From: Candidatus Poribacteria bacterium
Lineage (GTDB): Bacteria > Poribacteria > WGA-4E > PCPOR2b
Reading direction: 5' to 3'
NCBI GenBank assembly: GCA_965208425.1
Contig: OZ242335.1
Span: 84,586 to 148,585, forward strand
DNA length: 64,000 nucleotides
Shown piece by piece: positions 30,117-40,361 of this stretch (position 1 is its first letter; each line of letters begins with the position of its first letter). The position numbers and the translations under genes are program-made. A model generated the notes under the pieces. The model searched no databases. It was not told the origin of the DNA and worked only from the letters and a program-made list of their open reading frames with translations.

Positions 30117-30530
30117 CAAAAAAAGCCGATGGAACAAGAGAGTTCCACCGGCTCTTTTTATTTCTTGTTATGATAGTTTTAGATATACAATTCCCCAATG
30201 CTACGGATTTTTGTACACGTAATCATGCCCTCCATAATACCTAAGGGGCAACCCACCTTTGGGGCTTTTGAATGGTTCATTAGTGCCTTGGTTAATTGAG
30301 CTAATTAACCGTATACATTGCGCTCCGCTGGAGCGCGTGAATTGTAAATATCGCGATTCTATAGATATATCGCTCCTCTGGAGCGAAAGCGTCTGTCAGG
30401 ACTTTTGTGTGATGGCTTGCTGTAGCCAACAGTGTGGTGATTAATTCGTCTATTATCCGTGTTATCCGCTTAACCTGTTTAACCCGCGATTCAGATGGCT
30501 TTGCATCCCGATGCAGCATCGGGGCAATGA

Positions 30531-31901
30531 TTAACTCTCCTGAAACTGAAACGCAAACAGATCCGCATCCTTGAGGACAAAACGCAACCGTACCGGTTGC
30601 CCAGCCAACGAGCGCAAATCTCCTTCGCCTTCCCACTTGACCATACCATCAATCTTATCCCCAAATATCTCAGGACATGCGTCCAACGCGAAGGCCGGCT
30701 GCGGATGCCCTTCCATATCCTGAATCTCAACCCGAACAGATCCTACCGCCGATGTCGAAAAGTTCAATCTCAGGCTATCGCCCGTGAAAGTCAGTGGATG
30801 GGTGATAAATTCACCCCCGGCGTAACCTGCGCGGACCGACACAAATCCATCAGTTCGGAGCGAGAACCGACGAATATGAACAGACGGCAGCCGCCAGTTT
30901 GCCATACTGTATAGGGAAAGTTCTTCGGGCGACGTTTGCAAAATACCTCGTTCCATATAAATCCCGCGCTCATGCCAATTGCCTTCATCCAGTCCGGGAC
31001 GCACAAAAGCCTCCATAAAACTGCGATCAAAATGGATTCCATCGCGGCTAGACATGAACACAATATCATTCACGCCCGAACCGTATTCCCAATCTGAAAT
31101 CGGCTCGCGCTCTGGCACGAAACGCGCAGGAAACATCAGATACATCCCCGGCGCACGCTCGTAAGGCACACAGGCATTGGTATAGAGATGCTCGAAAGGC
31201 GTATCACCTGTATCAATCAATTCAAGCGGTGTCCAACGGCGAAAGTCTTTGGAAGTCGAGCGTCGAATCCAGCGCACCCCATTTTTGAAGCTTCCCCTAC
31301 CTGCCACGCCCCGCGTATAGGCGACATATTCACCCCGTTCCGCGTCCCAAAAGGCGATGTTATGCGAATCAAACGGTCGCTCTGTCAGAATTGGTTCGTC
31401 CTGCATCAACCGCCAGCGGAGACCGTCCGGCGAGACCAACGCAAGCACATCGCTAGTACGCACAATGGCTTTGTACCGCTCTTCGTCCGATGCGTCTGGG
31501 TTAAGGTCAAGAAACGGTGACATGTTGTTACCCGGTCCCATCCAAACAAGATTATTATCCTTTGAGCCTTGAAATTCAATTAATCCGAGTCGTGGTTTCT
31601 CCCAGTGAATCCCGTCCGTGCTTTCAGCATAAGCGTAGAGCGGCAGACGTTCACCACGAATTGGCATCTCCTGATCGCAGCGATACCACGCACGGAAGCG
31701 GTCGCCCTCGCGGAACGTTACCATATAGGAGACGCCGCCCCGTTCCCATGGGTGTTCAGCGGAAATTACAACCTCACGCTGCACCGGCTCATGTAAATGC
31801 CGCGTGACATCTTGTGCCTCGGCGATCCAGAAATCATCCACGAATAGTTGACGGTCTGTGCCGATATGGATAGGTGTGCTGTCATTATCATGTCGTGCCA
31901 T
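30531..31901 (-). CDS. Hypothetical glycoside-hydrolase-like beta-propeller protein
   Basis: RQLFVDD start; repeated S.DG..W motifs (ESTDGIHWEKP, SPDGLRW, SRDGIHF); R.DGFVS; C-terminal beta-sandwich. Confidence 0.7.
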   Translation of the reverse strand: MARHDNDSTPIHIGTDRQLFVDDFWIAEAQDVTRHLHEPVQREVVISAEHPWERGGVSYMVTFREGDRFRAWYRCDQEMPIRGERLPLYAYAESTDGIHWEKPRLGLIEFQGSKDNNLVWMGPGNNMSPFLDLNPDASDEERYKAIVRTSDVLALVSPDGLRWRLMQDEPILTERPFDSHNIAFWDAERGEYVAYTRGVAGRGSFKNGVRWIRRSTSKDFRRWTPLELIDTGDTPFEHLYTNACVPYERAPGMYLMFPARFVPEREPISDWEYGSGVNDIVFMSSRDGIHFDRSFMEAFVRPGLDEGNWHERGIYMERGILQTSPEELSLYSMANWRLPSVHIRRFSLRTDGFVSVRAGYAGGEFITHPLTFTGDSLRLNFSTSAVGSVRVEIQDMEGHPQPAFALDACPEIFGDKIDGMVKWEGEGDLRSLAGQPVRLRFVLKDADLFAFQFQES

Positions 31902-31943
31902 TTTAACCCCTATAAATTGATGGTTATCAACCCTGCTTTCTGC

Positions 31944-32241
31944 TATAATTAACCTTTGGTGCTAGTTTAGTGAGAAAGTTTTTTCCACATTGTTCAAGTC
32001 GCTTTGGATCCCCCCGATAAATCGGGGTAAACTAATTATTGGGGAGTTCATTGATTCGTTCTTCTTACGTTCCACCCTTTGGGTACACATGTCGCCCCTC
32101 TGGGGCTTTGGGTTATTTGTTTATCGGTGTACTATAGACATGTCGCCCCTCAGGGGCTAAATGAACCGCTAAACCAATGATTTTTACGTTTCACGCATCA
32201 CGTTATCAACAGCTGCAAACTAGCACCATTGGTTAATTATA
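31944..32241. mobile_element. MITE family C
   Basis: About 24-bp terminal inverted repeats TATAATTAACCTTTGGTGCTAGTT / AACTAGCACCATTGGTTAATTATA. Confidence 0.7.
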
Positions 32242-32279
32242 CGTATGCCGTATAACCCGTAGGTCGGGCATCAATGAAC

Positions 32280-32536
32280 TATGGTGGATCTTAGAATTAA
32301 TGAGATATTCCAAATCCCGATTTATCGAGGATGCTCGACGAGTCGGCACCAGTGCGGTTGGAAACCGCACCTACCGGGTTGGATTGAATTCGGTTCGGTC
32401 AGGAAACCGCCCCGCATAGGCGCAGTTGGAAACTCTGCTTGCGATCCCCCCGATAAATCGGGGTAAACTAATTATCGGGGAGCGCCTACCAAACACGGGG
32501 AGCGAAAGCGTCTATTTATTCTTAGAATTTACCATA
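32280..32536. repeat. MITE family B with inserted palindromes
   Basis: TATGGTGGATCTTAGAATTAATGAGA...GAATTTACCATA. Confidence 0.65.
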
Positions 32537-32584
32537 ATTATTTTTACGTTTCGCGCATCACGTTTCACGTTCTTAAGGAATATC

Positions 32585-34045
32585 ATGCCCCAATCTCGCC
32601 CCAACATCATACTAATAATGTGCGATCAGATGCGCTGGGATGCCGCTGGCTTCGCGGGGAGTTTGGTTGTTCAGACACCCTATCTGGATCAGTTGGCGCG
32701 AAGCGGTGTCTGCTTTGAGAACGCCTATTGCGCTTCCCCTGTTTGCTCGCCTGCCCGCGCTAGTTGGCTGACGGGACTCTACCCCCATGCCCACCTACAA
32801 CTGAAAAATTACGGTTCCGGCATGGTTGGAAAATGGGGAAGCTACCTGCCCCCTGACAGCGTGACCATCGGTGATGTCCTCAAATCCGCCGGATATCGCT
32901 GTGGTATGGTTGGACCGTGGCATCTTGGGAACGATCATCTCCCGCAGCACGGGTTTGACGATTTCTGGTGTGCCTACCGCTATCTTGGCAAAGACCACCC
33001 CGATCCACTCTTTGATTCCTTTGATCGTGCGGGAGTCCCCAATCTCTACCGCAAAGACGCTGAAGGGATGACACAATACGGAAACACGCTGGAGTTTGGG
33101 GTGATCGCCGACCCCCGACAGCAGCGAACCACATGGACAATAGATCGATCCCTTGAATTTATCCAGCAACCGCACGATGCCCCGTTCTTTCTGTTCGTAA
33201 GTATCAAAGACCCACACCCACTTGTCCTGGTCCCACCTGAACTTGTTGAACTTTATCCAGAAGACCAGATGCCGCTACCCGCTTCATTTCGGGATACCCT
33301 TGATGGCAAACCCGCCTTCCAAGAGCGTGCGAAGTTTCGCATTCCCCCAACCGTGACCGATGACCAATTTCGTCGAGTGATTGCGTACTACTACGCCCTA
33401 ATCACGCATATTGATGCACAGGTTGACCGTCTGCTCCGCACCCTTGAGACGCAGGGCATCACGCAGGACACGATTGTAGCCTTTATCAGCGATCACGGTG
33501 AGATGCTCGGTGACCACGGTTTCACGGAGAAGTGTCTCATGTACGAAGCATCGGTTCGTGTGCCGTGTCTGCTCTCTTGGGATGGAACATTACCTGCGGG
33601 GACGCGGGTGAAAACGCCATTGGGCGGCGTTGACTTGATGCCAACCCTGCTTGAGTTGGCGGGAGAAACACCACTCTCGCCAATTGATGGTCGCTCCGTA
33701 GCGTCAGCAATTCTCGCGGACAAGGAGCCGCCCCCGCAGCCGATCTTCGCCGAAATTGCCAGCAATGAAGCGATTTATCGTGGCTCACAGGGGCTGGAAC
33801 AGCTAGCCGCCCACGTAATGATTTACGATGGACGTTGGAAATATATCCGCAACCGCTTTGATATTGATGAGTTGTACGACCTAGAGACGGATACCGACGA
33901 AATGCGAAACCTTGCTGCTCAGCCTGAACACGGCGAACGGATAGGTTTTATGCGCCATCAGATTGCTGAGATGGTTTGTCGTACCGGTCCTGGACCCTAC
34001 GACTGGTGTTTATCTGATGATAACGGGACGGCTGCAACTCAGTAG
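32585..34045 (+). CDS. Sulfatase (formylglycine type)
   Basis: PNIILIMCDQ, CSPARAS..TG.YPH, G.WH, SDHG. Confidence 0.93.
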   Translation: MPQSRPNIILIMCDQMRWDAAGFAGSLVVQTPYLDQLARSGVCFENAYCASPVCSPARASWLTGLYPHAHLQLKNYGSGMVGKWGSYLPPDSVTIGDVLKSAGYRCGMVGPWHLGNDHLPQHGFDDFWCAYRYLGKDHPDPLFDSFDRAGVPNLYRKDAEGMTQYGNTLEFGVIADPRQQRTTWTIDRSLEFIQQPHDAPFFLFVSIKDPHPLVLVPPELVELYPEDQMPLPASFRDTLDGKPAFQERAKFRIPPTVTDDQFRRVIAYYYALITHIDAQVDRLLRTLETQGITQDTIVAFISDHGEMLGDHGFTEKCLMYEASVRVPCLLSWDGTLPAGTRVKTPLGGVDLMPTLLELAGETPLSPIDGRSVASAILADKEPPPQPIFAEIASNEAIYRGSQGLEQLAAHVMIYDGRWKYIRNRFDIDELYDLETDTDEMRNLAAQPEHGERIGFMRHQIAEMVCRTGPGPYDWCLSDDNGTAATQ

Positions 34046-34851
34046 TCAACAACTTGGCAAAATTCAAAAAGCCGCCGCGCCCGGTCTGAAAACTGCTCGT
34101 ATGTCTCCGGCGGCACCTGCACTGCATGACCAATACTAAGCCAAGAAAGTCCGTAGCAAACCACAATTTCGGGACGCGGTCCGTTGGAGGTATTGGGCGT
34201 GCCGCGGTGCAGGGTGCGGACATCCTGTATCCACATCGTGCCCTTTTTCATGTTGAGTCGACGGGCAGACGGAAAATCGCCTTGCGTCAGCACTTCATCG
34301 TAACGTCCCTCTAGGTCGGGATTGGCGATGTACTGTGTTGATGGCAATACCTCGATGCTACCGTTCTCCTCTGAAGTATCCACGAGTGGAAACTTGATCC
34401 CCAATATCGGACAGGTGTCAAGCCCGACATGCGGGATCTCCCGCGCCAGTCCAGTGTCTCTATGCCAATGCTGAAACTCACTCCCCGGATAAGGATTATT
34501 AGAGTGAAGACACCTAATATAAAAATCGTCCTTGCCCCAATAACGCTTGAGAAACTCCAGAATGACCGGATTCTCATACACCTCCGGGTCGGCGAACGGC
34601 GGTACCCACGGAATGGTCAGCGTATAGCGGTTGATGACCTGTTGGCGACCAAAGCCTGTACGCAAGTCTCCCCACTCTTTCTCGGCAAAGCCGGTTTCAC
34701 GCGTCCTGACATGCTCTAGCATCGGTAAGAACGCCTCCCGGATGCGATCTACGGTCTCGACAGACAACACATCCTCAATCACCGCATAGCCGTTGATTCT
34801 AAACTCGGCTATCTTTAGATCAAAATCTATATCTTCGCATCGTGCAGTCAT
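34039..34851 (-). CDS. PhyH-family dioxygenase
   Basis: QHWHRD, PLVD..EENG..E, LHRGTPN. Confidence 0.88.
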   Translation of the reverse strand: MTARCEDIDFDLKIAEFRINGYAVIEDVLSVETVDRIREAFLPMLEHVRTRETGFAEKEWGDLRTGFGRQQVINRYTLTIPWVPPFADPEVYENPVILEFLKRYWGKDDFYIRCLHSNNPYPGSEFQHWHRDTGLAREIPHVGLDTCPILGIKFPLVDTSEENGSIEVLPSTQYIANPDLEGRYDEVLTQGDFPSARRLNMKKGTMWIQDVRTLHRGTPNTSNGPRPEIVVCYGLSWLSIGHAVQVPPETYEQFSDRARRLFEFCQVVDY

Positions 34852-35073
34852 GAATCCTCCGTTGAATGTATAGAGCTATCATTTCAACCAATCAATGAAC
34901 TAATGAACCAACACAAAGTCGATTGTATCATAGGACGGTCCGGTACGTCCAGCAAAATGGGGAGGAGCGGATCTACGTTTCTTTGTGTCGCTTGCTTGGA
35001 TCTGTGCTATCATATTAACTATTCAGATCCAGAGCGAGGCACAGAAATAATATAGGAAAAGGGGAAAGAAAGC

Positions 35074-35283
35074 ATGCGACACGAAAAATGGAAATGTCCC
35101 AAATGCGACAATGCTGAATTTGAAACAGATATTTTCCAAGCAACGGGTGGCACACTTGCCAAGCTGTTCGATGTCCAAAACAAAAAGTTTACTACCGTTT
35201 CATGCACGCAATGCCAATACACCGAGGTCTACAGAGCAGATACCTCGAACCTGAGTAATATCTTCGATTTCTTCACCAATTGA
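35074..35283 (+). CDS. Zinc-ribbon protein (YpzJ/DUF2082-like)
   Basis: CPKC...ATGG...KLFDVQNKKF..VSC..C.YTE.Y. Confidence 0.8.
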   Translation: MRHEKWKCPKCDNAEFETDIFQATGGTLAKLFDVQNKKFTTVSCTQCQYTEVYRADTSNLSNIFDFFTN

Positions 35284-35302
35284 GGTTGGGAGGTAATTCT
35301 CC

Positions 35303-35704
35303 ATGAAGACCTTCACCGACGCTGAAAAACAGCAACTGCAAGCGAAGATTCAGGACGAACAGGAACGGCAGCGAGTGCTTGGGGAAAGCATCCAGATTGA
35401 AAAAGAAAAAGAGTCAAAAAGGGGTAAAGGCATAATTTCGATGGCGTTCAGCTATAAGTATGGTATGCTGGTGGTTATTTTTTTTCTAATTGTCTTGAGC
35501 ATACATCTCCTGCTGCCTTTGCGAAATAATGATCCTGATGACTACTCCGGTATCATATTAGGATTAGCGTTACTATTCAATCACATTGCGTACCAACTCA
35601 CGAAAAAAGGTTGGTTCAACCGTGTGATGAAAACGATTGCGTGGACTTGGGTCGTGTTCGTATGGGCTTATATAATTTGGATCTTTTGGATTAAGGTCGC
35701 ATAA
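35303..35704 (+). CDS. Hypothetical membrane protein
   Basis: GGGAGG RBS; three hydrophobic segments. Confidence 0.65.
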   Translation: MKTFTDAEKQQLQAKIQDEQERQRVLGESIQIEKEKESKRGKGIISMAFSYKYGMLVVIFFLIVLSIHLLLPLRNNDPDDYSGIILGLALLFNHIAYQLTKKGWFNRVMKTIAWTWVVFVWAYIIWIFWIKVA

Positions 35705-35731
35705 CATATCACTGGCGAGGGATAAGAAAAC

Positions 35732-37009
35732 ATGAGCGAAGCGTTCTTTGAGAAAATCGACGTGCTCCTGCCCGGACAGGGCGAGGAGTTGGCGCAAGCC
35801 CCAGCCCACCACTGGGAGCGGGCAGAGCGCGCCAACGCCCAAATCTACTATAGCACACGCGAGCCGAAATCTGTCCTTATCCATCTGACAGGGTTGACCA
35901 GAGAGGAGAGAAAAGCCCTCGCCGATATGCGGATTGAGGTGGATCTTTCAGCCTTGAAGTATCACGACTACGACGGGTTCGGTGTCCATCTACCGGGACT
36001 CATTGTCACGACACAAGGGATGGCTATCGCCGTTTGTCAAAAACGACACGGTTCGATGGGGGACGGCGGCAACCAAGTTGACATCTTGATGTCGCGTAGT
36101 GAGGACAGCGGCGCGACTTGGCAGCGGCAGGAGGTCATCTTTGAGGAGGAAGGGGCATTCACCTATCTCGGTCCCATCTTTGAGGAACGCATGACGAACA
36201 CTGTCTTTGTCGCCTTCTGGAAAATGCCCGCGGACATCTTGGACGACCTCGGTTACTTCAGCGAATACGCCAAACAGGGGGGTGGTTTCTATCTGCTCAA
36301 GAGCACCGATCAGGGGCGGAGTTGGTCTGATCCTTTCTATGTAAGCCCGGAACCGAACGCTGAAGGTTGGGTGGGGTGGCCCAACAACTGCGTCCACGGC
36401 ATCCAACTTACTGTTGGTCCCCGTAAGGGACGGTTGGTCATGCCAGCGTTTCTTTACAAAGAGGGCGAACCGGGCCAGGTACCGGGGGTTCGTGGAGGCT
36501 TTTTGTACAGCGATGACCACGGACAGAATTGGAAGGTGGGTGCTGTCCTGCCCGAAGGCTCGGACGAGGTCAGTCTTGTCGAAACTGCGGGAGGTGGCAT
36601 CTACGTCAGTTATCGCAAGAACACCCTTGCTACCGGCAAGCGACACTTCGCACGCAGCACCGACTATGGCGAAACCTTCTGTGAACACGGTCAGCACGAA
36701 GAGCTACCAGACGCGAATCTCCATGCGGGGCTAATCCGATACCGTGGAGGCGAGGAAGCGAGTGAAGATTTCCTACTATTTTCCAGTCCGTCACCGACGA
36801 AAGATATGACTATTCGTATCAGCCGCGATGAAGGCAGGAGTTGGGACTTTTCGCGTAGGGTTGAGCAAGGATTGTCACGGTATTCTGACCTCGCGGTGAC
36901 AGCGGACGGGGCAATCCTCTGTCTGTATACCAATGGGGTGGTGCGCGACAGGGAAAAAATTAGTGTGGCACGGTTTAACTTAGAGTGGTTGATGAGTGAT
37001 AGTGCTTAA
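35732..37009 (+). CDS. Sialidase-like BNR/Asp-box protein
   Basis: Five Asp boxes (SEDSGATW, STDQGRSW, SDDHGQNW, STDYGETF, SRDEGRSW) and YSDL. Confidence 0.85.
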   Translation: MSEAFFEKIDVLLPGQGEELAQAPAHHWERAERANAQIYYSTREPKSVLIHLTGLTREERKALADMRIEVDLSALKYHDYDGFGVHLPGLIVTTQGMAIAVCQKRHGSMGDGGNQVDILMSRSEDSGATWQRQEVIFEEEGAFTYLGPIFEERMTNTVFVAFWKMPADILDDLGYFSEYAKQGGGFYLLKSTDQGRSWSDPFYVSPEPNAEGWVGWPNNCVHGIQLTVGPRKGRLVMPAFLYKEGEPGQVPGVRGGFLYSDDHGQNWKVGAVLPEGSDEVSLVETAGGGIYVSYRKNTLATGKRHFARSTDYGETFCEHGQHEELPDANLHAGLIRYRGGEEASEDFLLFSSPSPTKDMTIRISRDEGRSWDFSRRVEQGLSRYSDLAVTADGAILCLYTNGVVRDREKISVARFNLEWLMSDSA

Positions 37010-37016
37010 GTGGAGA

Positions 37017-37772
37017 CTAGAGAGTTTCGTACCGGTCCGCACGGTTGTGTCCCAACAGACCGGGACAAAGTTGCTGCATCTCCGGTGGCATCCGTTCATA
37101 CGTTTCGGGCCAAATTGGCTGATGACCACCCTCAATCCAGTTGTTGAACCATGGGGGGTAGTAGGCGATATTCAATCCGACACGAGTCTGATCGCTTGTA
37201 TTTCCGCGAGCTTGGTGGTAGGTGCCGCCATGCCACATAATAACTGAACCTGCTCTGCCAGTAATTGGCTTAATCAGCGGACTGTCTGCGGTGATGTCAG
37301 ATGGCGGAGTCTTCCGACGCGAACGGTGACTCATCGGCACGACACCCGTTGCACCGTTCTCTTCTGTAAAGTCCGTCAACATCCAGATACTGTTGATAAT
37401 CCACGGCACGTCCGGCACTTCATGGAACTCACGCGCGGAATCCACATGCAGATGCTGACCCGGGGCGCCGGGCCACGTCGGCTTGGAGCACGCCTCGACC
37501 ACCCGACAATTCTGCCCTAGAAAATGCCGTGCAACCGCTACCGTGTCCGGATGGCTAGCACACATCCAAACACGATCATCCAGGTTCATCATACCGAACA
37601 ATGTCTGATAATACTGATTGCCTGTGTTGTAAATTTGGCACTTCGGATCGGTATGCAATTCGAGGAACCGTTCCGCCATGCGTCGTGCCTCATCTTCCGG
37701 GATGCGATCTTCAAGCAGGCAGTATCCGTAGGTCGTCAAGCAATCTATTGCGGCTTCGACATCACTGTTCAT
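37017..37772 (-). CDS. PhyH-family dioxygenase
   Basis: LHVD, W.LTDFTEENGAT.VVP.SH, H...GNTSDQTR. Confidence 0.9.
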   Translation of the reverse strand: MNSDVEAAIDCLTTYGYCLLEDRIPEDEARRMAERFLELHTDPKCQIYNTGNQYYQTLFGMMNLDDRVWMCASHPDTVAVARHFLGQNCRVVEACSKPTWPGAPGQHLHVDSAREFHEVPDVPWIINSIWMLTDFTEENGATGVVPMSHRSRRKTPPSDITADSPLIKPITGRAGSVIMWHGGTYHQARGNTSDQTRVGLNIAYYPPWFNNWIEGGHQPIWPETYERMPPEMQQLCPGLLGHNRADRYETL

Positions 37773-37918
37773 CTGCTTCTCCTGTTTAGATTGCTGTCAA
37801 GAAACATGCAGCGTAAAACGTAAAACCTGAGATGTAGTGACTTCACGTTTCACGCATCACGTTTCACGACAAGGCGCGGCATACACACGCGCCGTGTCCG
37901 GCAATCTGCATCTTTAAC

Positions 37919-38797
37919 TTAGACAGGCATGGTCCTGCCGCTATGAGCCCTGCCAGCTTCCGCTATTTCAGGACTCCCTCCCATAATCCTCACACCTCCA
38001 TCAATTCTCTCCGGGAGTGTCTCTATGCTACCACCTTCCAAGAACGCGACACCCGTTTCCTTACATGCAGTGTATACCCGGTTTCTCGCTTCAGTCATTT
38101 CAGGCGGACGCGGACTTGGGGTGTTCTTGTAGCCAAACGACATACCGAGGTCCCCAGGTCCCCATTCAGCAAAAGCGATACCGGGCACCCGAAGCGTCAT
38201 TTCAGTATTAGCGATTGCTCGCACGTTCTCGATTTTCAACCCGAGCATCAGTTCACCCTCGGGGTTAAGGGGCCAAGGGTCAGCTTTTCCTAGGTAATCA
38301 TCGACGGAAATACCCCAGATGGGTGCTGCAGATCCCTGTCCTGCCGAACCCCTGCGTCCGACATCTAGCTGCGTGCCGACGCCAATCGTCTGGAACGGAT
38401 ACCGGCAGCATTCAACAAATGCCCTCACCGCCTCTGGAGACTCCGCATGACACAGGAGAAGACCGTGTACACCTATCGCCAATAGCTGCCTGAGCTGCCA
38501 CGCATTCGCTCGCATAACGTCAGGACTGGAACCGTCCATCGGCAGCTCTACAACAACCGCCGGCGTCAGGTGACCGCTGTTGGTCGGTCCTCCGTCCACA
38601 AGTCCGCGCATAAAATTCGCCAGACCTACGAAATCGAGGGGACCATGCTCCATACCGATGTTGATGTAGTCTGCCCATGTTTTTGCCATCTCCTTACCAG
38701 CCTCATAGGTGAGATTGGCACCTGTGTGGCTGCCTGTATAGTAGACAGGCTGATCCTGCTCAAGTAGTTCAATTGCTTTATTTACTCGCTTTGGCAT
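37919..38797 (-). CDS. HpcH/HpaI aldolase family protein
   Basis: MEHG, KIEN, WGPGDL. Confidence 0.8.
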   Translation of the reverse strand: MPKRVNKAIELLEQDQPVYYTGSHTGANLTYEAGKEMAKTWADYINIGMEHGPLDFVGLANFMRGLVDGGPTNSGHLTPAVVVELPMDGSSPDVMRANAWQLRQLLAIGVHGLLLCHAESPEAVRAFVECCRYPFQTIGVGTQLDVGRRGSAGQGSAAPIWGISVDDYLGKADPWPLNPEGELMLGLKIENVRAIANTEMTLRVPGIAFAEWGPGDLGMSFGYKNTPSPRPPEMTEARNRVYTACKETGVAFLEGGSIETLPERIDGGVRIMGGSPEIAEAGRAHSGRTMPV

Positions 38798-38957
38798 TAT
38801 TAACCTCTCTTAGAAAAACATAGCTAGTTCGTCGTGGTGATTTCAATCGCTCAAAAGATTGATCAATACGAAAAAAAATTATAGCATAGTTGCTAATTTG
38901 AGTCAAATGGTGAATCCGATCTATATCTGCATATTTCTACATTCTCCGCACCCTCCT

Positions 38958-38985
38958 TGACATTCCCACGTGTCAAAAGTATAAT
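38958..38985 (+). promoter_or_regulatory. sigma70-like promoter
   Basis: TTGACA followed after about 16-17 nt by TATAAT, upstream of the TPR gene. Confidence 0.65.
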
Positions 38986-39078
38986 GAATAGGTTAGCTAC
39001 TAGTCGGGAAGCTGCTTCCCACAAATCAAGCGGGAGTGGGCTCCCGACGCGTCAGGACAAGCGAAAGTGAGAAAAAAT

Positions 39079-39396
39079 ATGGCGACAAAAGAGGAACTTT
39101 ACGATCAGGCTTTAACACATTTTGGGAACAGCGAACTTGACGAGGCAGTCGCTGTTTTCAATACACTCCTCGAACAATACCCGGATTATGTGGACGGACA
39201 TATTGGGCTTGGACACGCATACGAACGGTTGAGCAGATATGACGAGGCGATTGAGGCGATTAAAAAAGCAATCGAGGTTGATCCGACCGATCCGCTTAAT
39301 TACACCAGTTTATCGATCTGTTATCAGCGCAAAGGAATGATTCAGGAAGCGGAAGACGCAATGGCAAAATCACACCAGCTACAGATGGAAAAATAA
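39079..39396 (+). CDS. Tetratricopeptide repeat protein
   Basis: About three TPR motifs (LG..Y...RYDEAIEA.KKAIE.DP). Confidence 0.85.
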   Translation: MATKEELYDQALTHFGNSELDEAVAVFNTLLEQYPDYVDGHIGLGHAYERLSRYDEAIEAIKKAIEVDPTDPLNYTSLSICYQRKGMIQEAEDAMAKSHQLQMEK

Positions 39397-40327
39397 TAAT
39401 CAATGGTGCTAGTTCGCAGCTGTTGATAACGTGAAACGTAAAAATAATTAGTTCATTGGTGCATTGGTTCACTAAGTACATTGAGGGGTGCTCATAAATC
39501 AAACCAGTAAAATAATGTCATCAAATGTGTCACATTTCTGAAAAGTTCCATCTGTTTAATCGGTGATTCAGACAGTTGACATTTCAGACATGGCTCATGT
39601 TAAGATTTAGTGCAAAGAAACCGAGTTTTCAAGAAAAAACTCGGTTTCTCTTCGCGCTTTGCACTCTCTTTTTATATGAACCTCAGACATATAGCACTCC
39701 GCTGGAGTGCGGGGATTAGACCTATCGCCTTCTATAGACATACCGCCCCGGTGGGGCGGAATACATACGAGTGTAGAGATAGGTATCCAATTAACGCATC
39801 GGTTCGATAGCTTCTTTCGCTCCAGCGGAGCGCCATATCTATAGCCGGTCAGATATACAATGAGTGCGCTCCAGCGGAGCGCAATGTGTACCCCTATCGG
39901 TTGGTGTATGGAAAACAGTCATTCTATAGATATTGAATTTGTCTGTCTTTTGGTAATCCGTGTCATCTATGTCATCTACTTAATCGGCTATTCAGCCACC
40001 AATGATGTACGCTCCTCAGATTCTCATCTGTGTCAATTTGGGTCATATAATCCTGTTCGCTCATGTTAAGATTTAGTGCAACAGAAACCGAGTTTTCAAG
40101 TCCCGATTCTCGGGATGCTCGGAACGGCAAAAAAACTCGGTTTCTCTTCGTGCTCTGCACTTTCTTTTTACATGAGCCATCCTGTTAATCCTTAAAGCCT
40201 GATTCAGACAATAATTATGAGCACCCCTCACTAGTACATTAATGAGTTACCCGATAAATCGGGATCCAAAGCGACTTGAACAATGTGGGAGTAACTTTTT
40301 CACTAACTAGTGCCAAAGGTTAATATA
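39393..40327. mobile_element. Family C MITE containing nested family A MITEs (39592-39682, 40058-40178) and REP-like GCTCC..GGAGC repeats
   Basis: Outer ends ATGGTGCTAGTT / AACTAGTGCCAAAGGTTAAT; inner 8-bp duplications TCAGACAT and ATCCTGTT. Confidence 0.7.
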
Positions 40328-40361
40328 CAGTACCTGCAAACGAGGAGGAAATCTAAGCAAC

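Noticed and set aside
24850-30148. Many ORFs with MELK/FNRTIVELK/FQFHNGSIK repeats
   Set aside because: They are translations of the CRISPR repeat, not genes.
35990-36697. 235-aa antisense ORF, and similar shadow ORFs such as 43668-44279 and 9404-9922
   Set aside because: They lie opposite well-supported genes and have no motifs or RBS.
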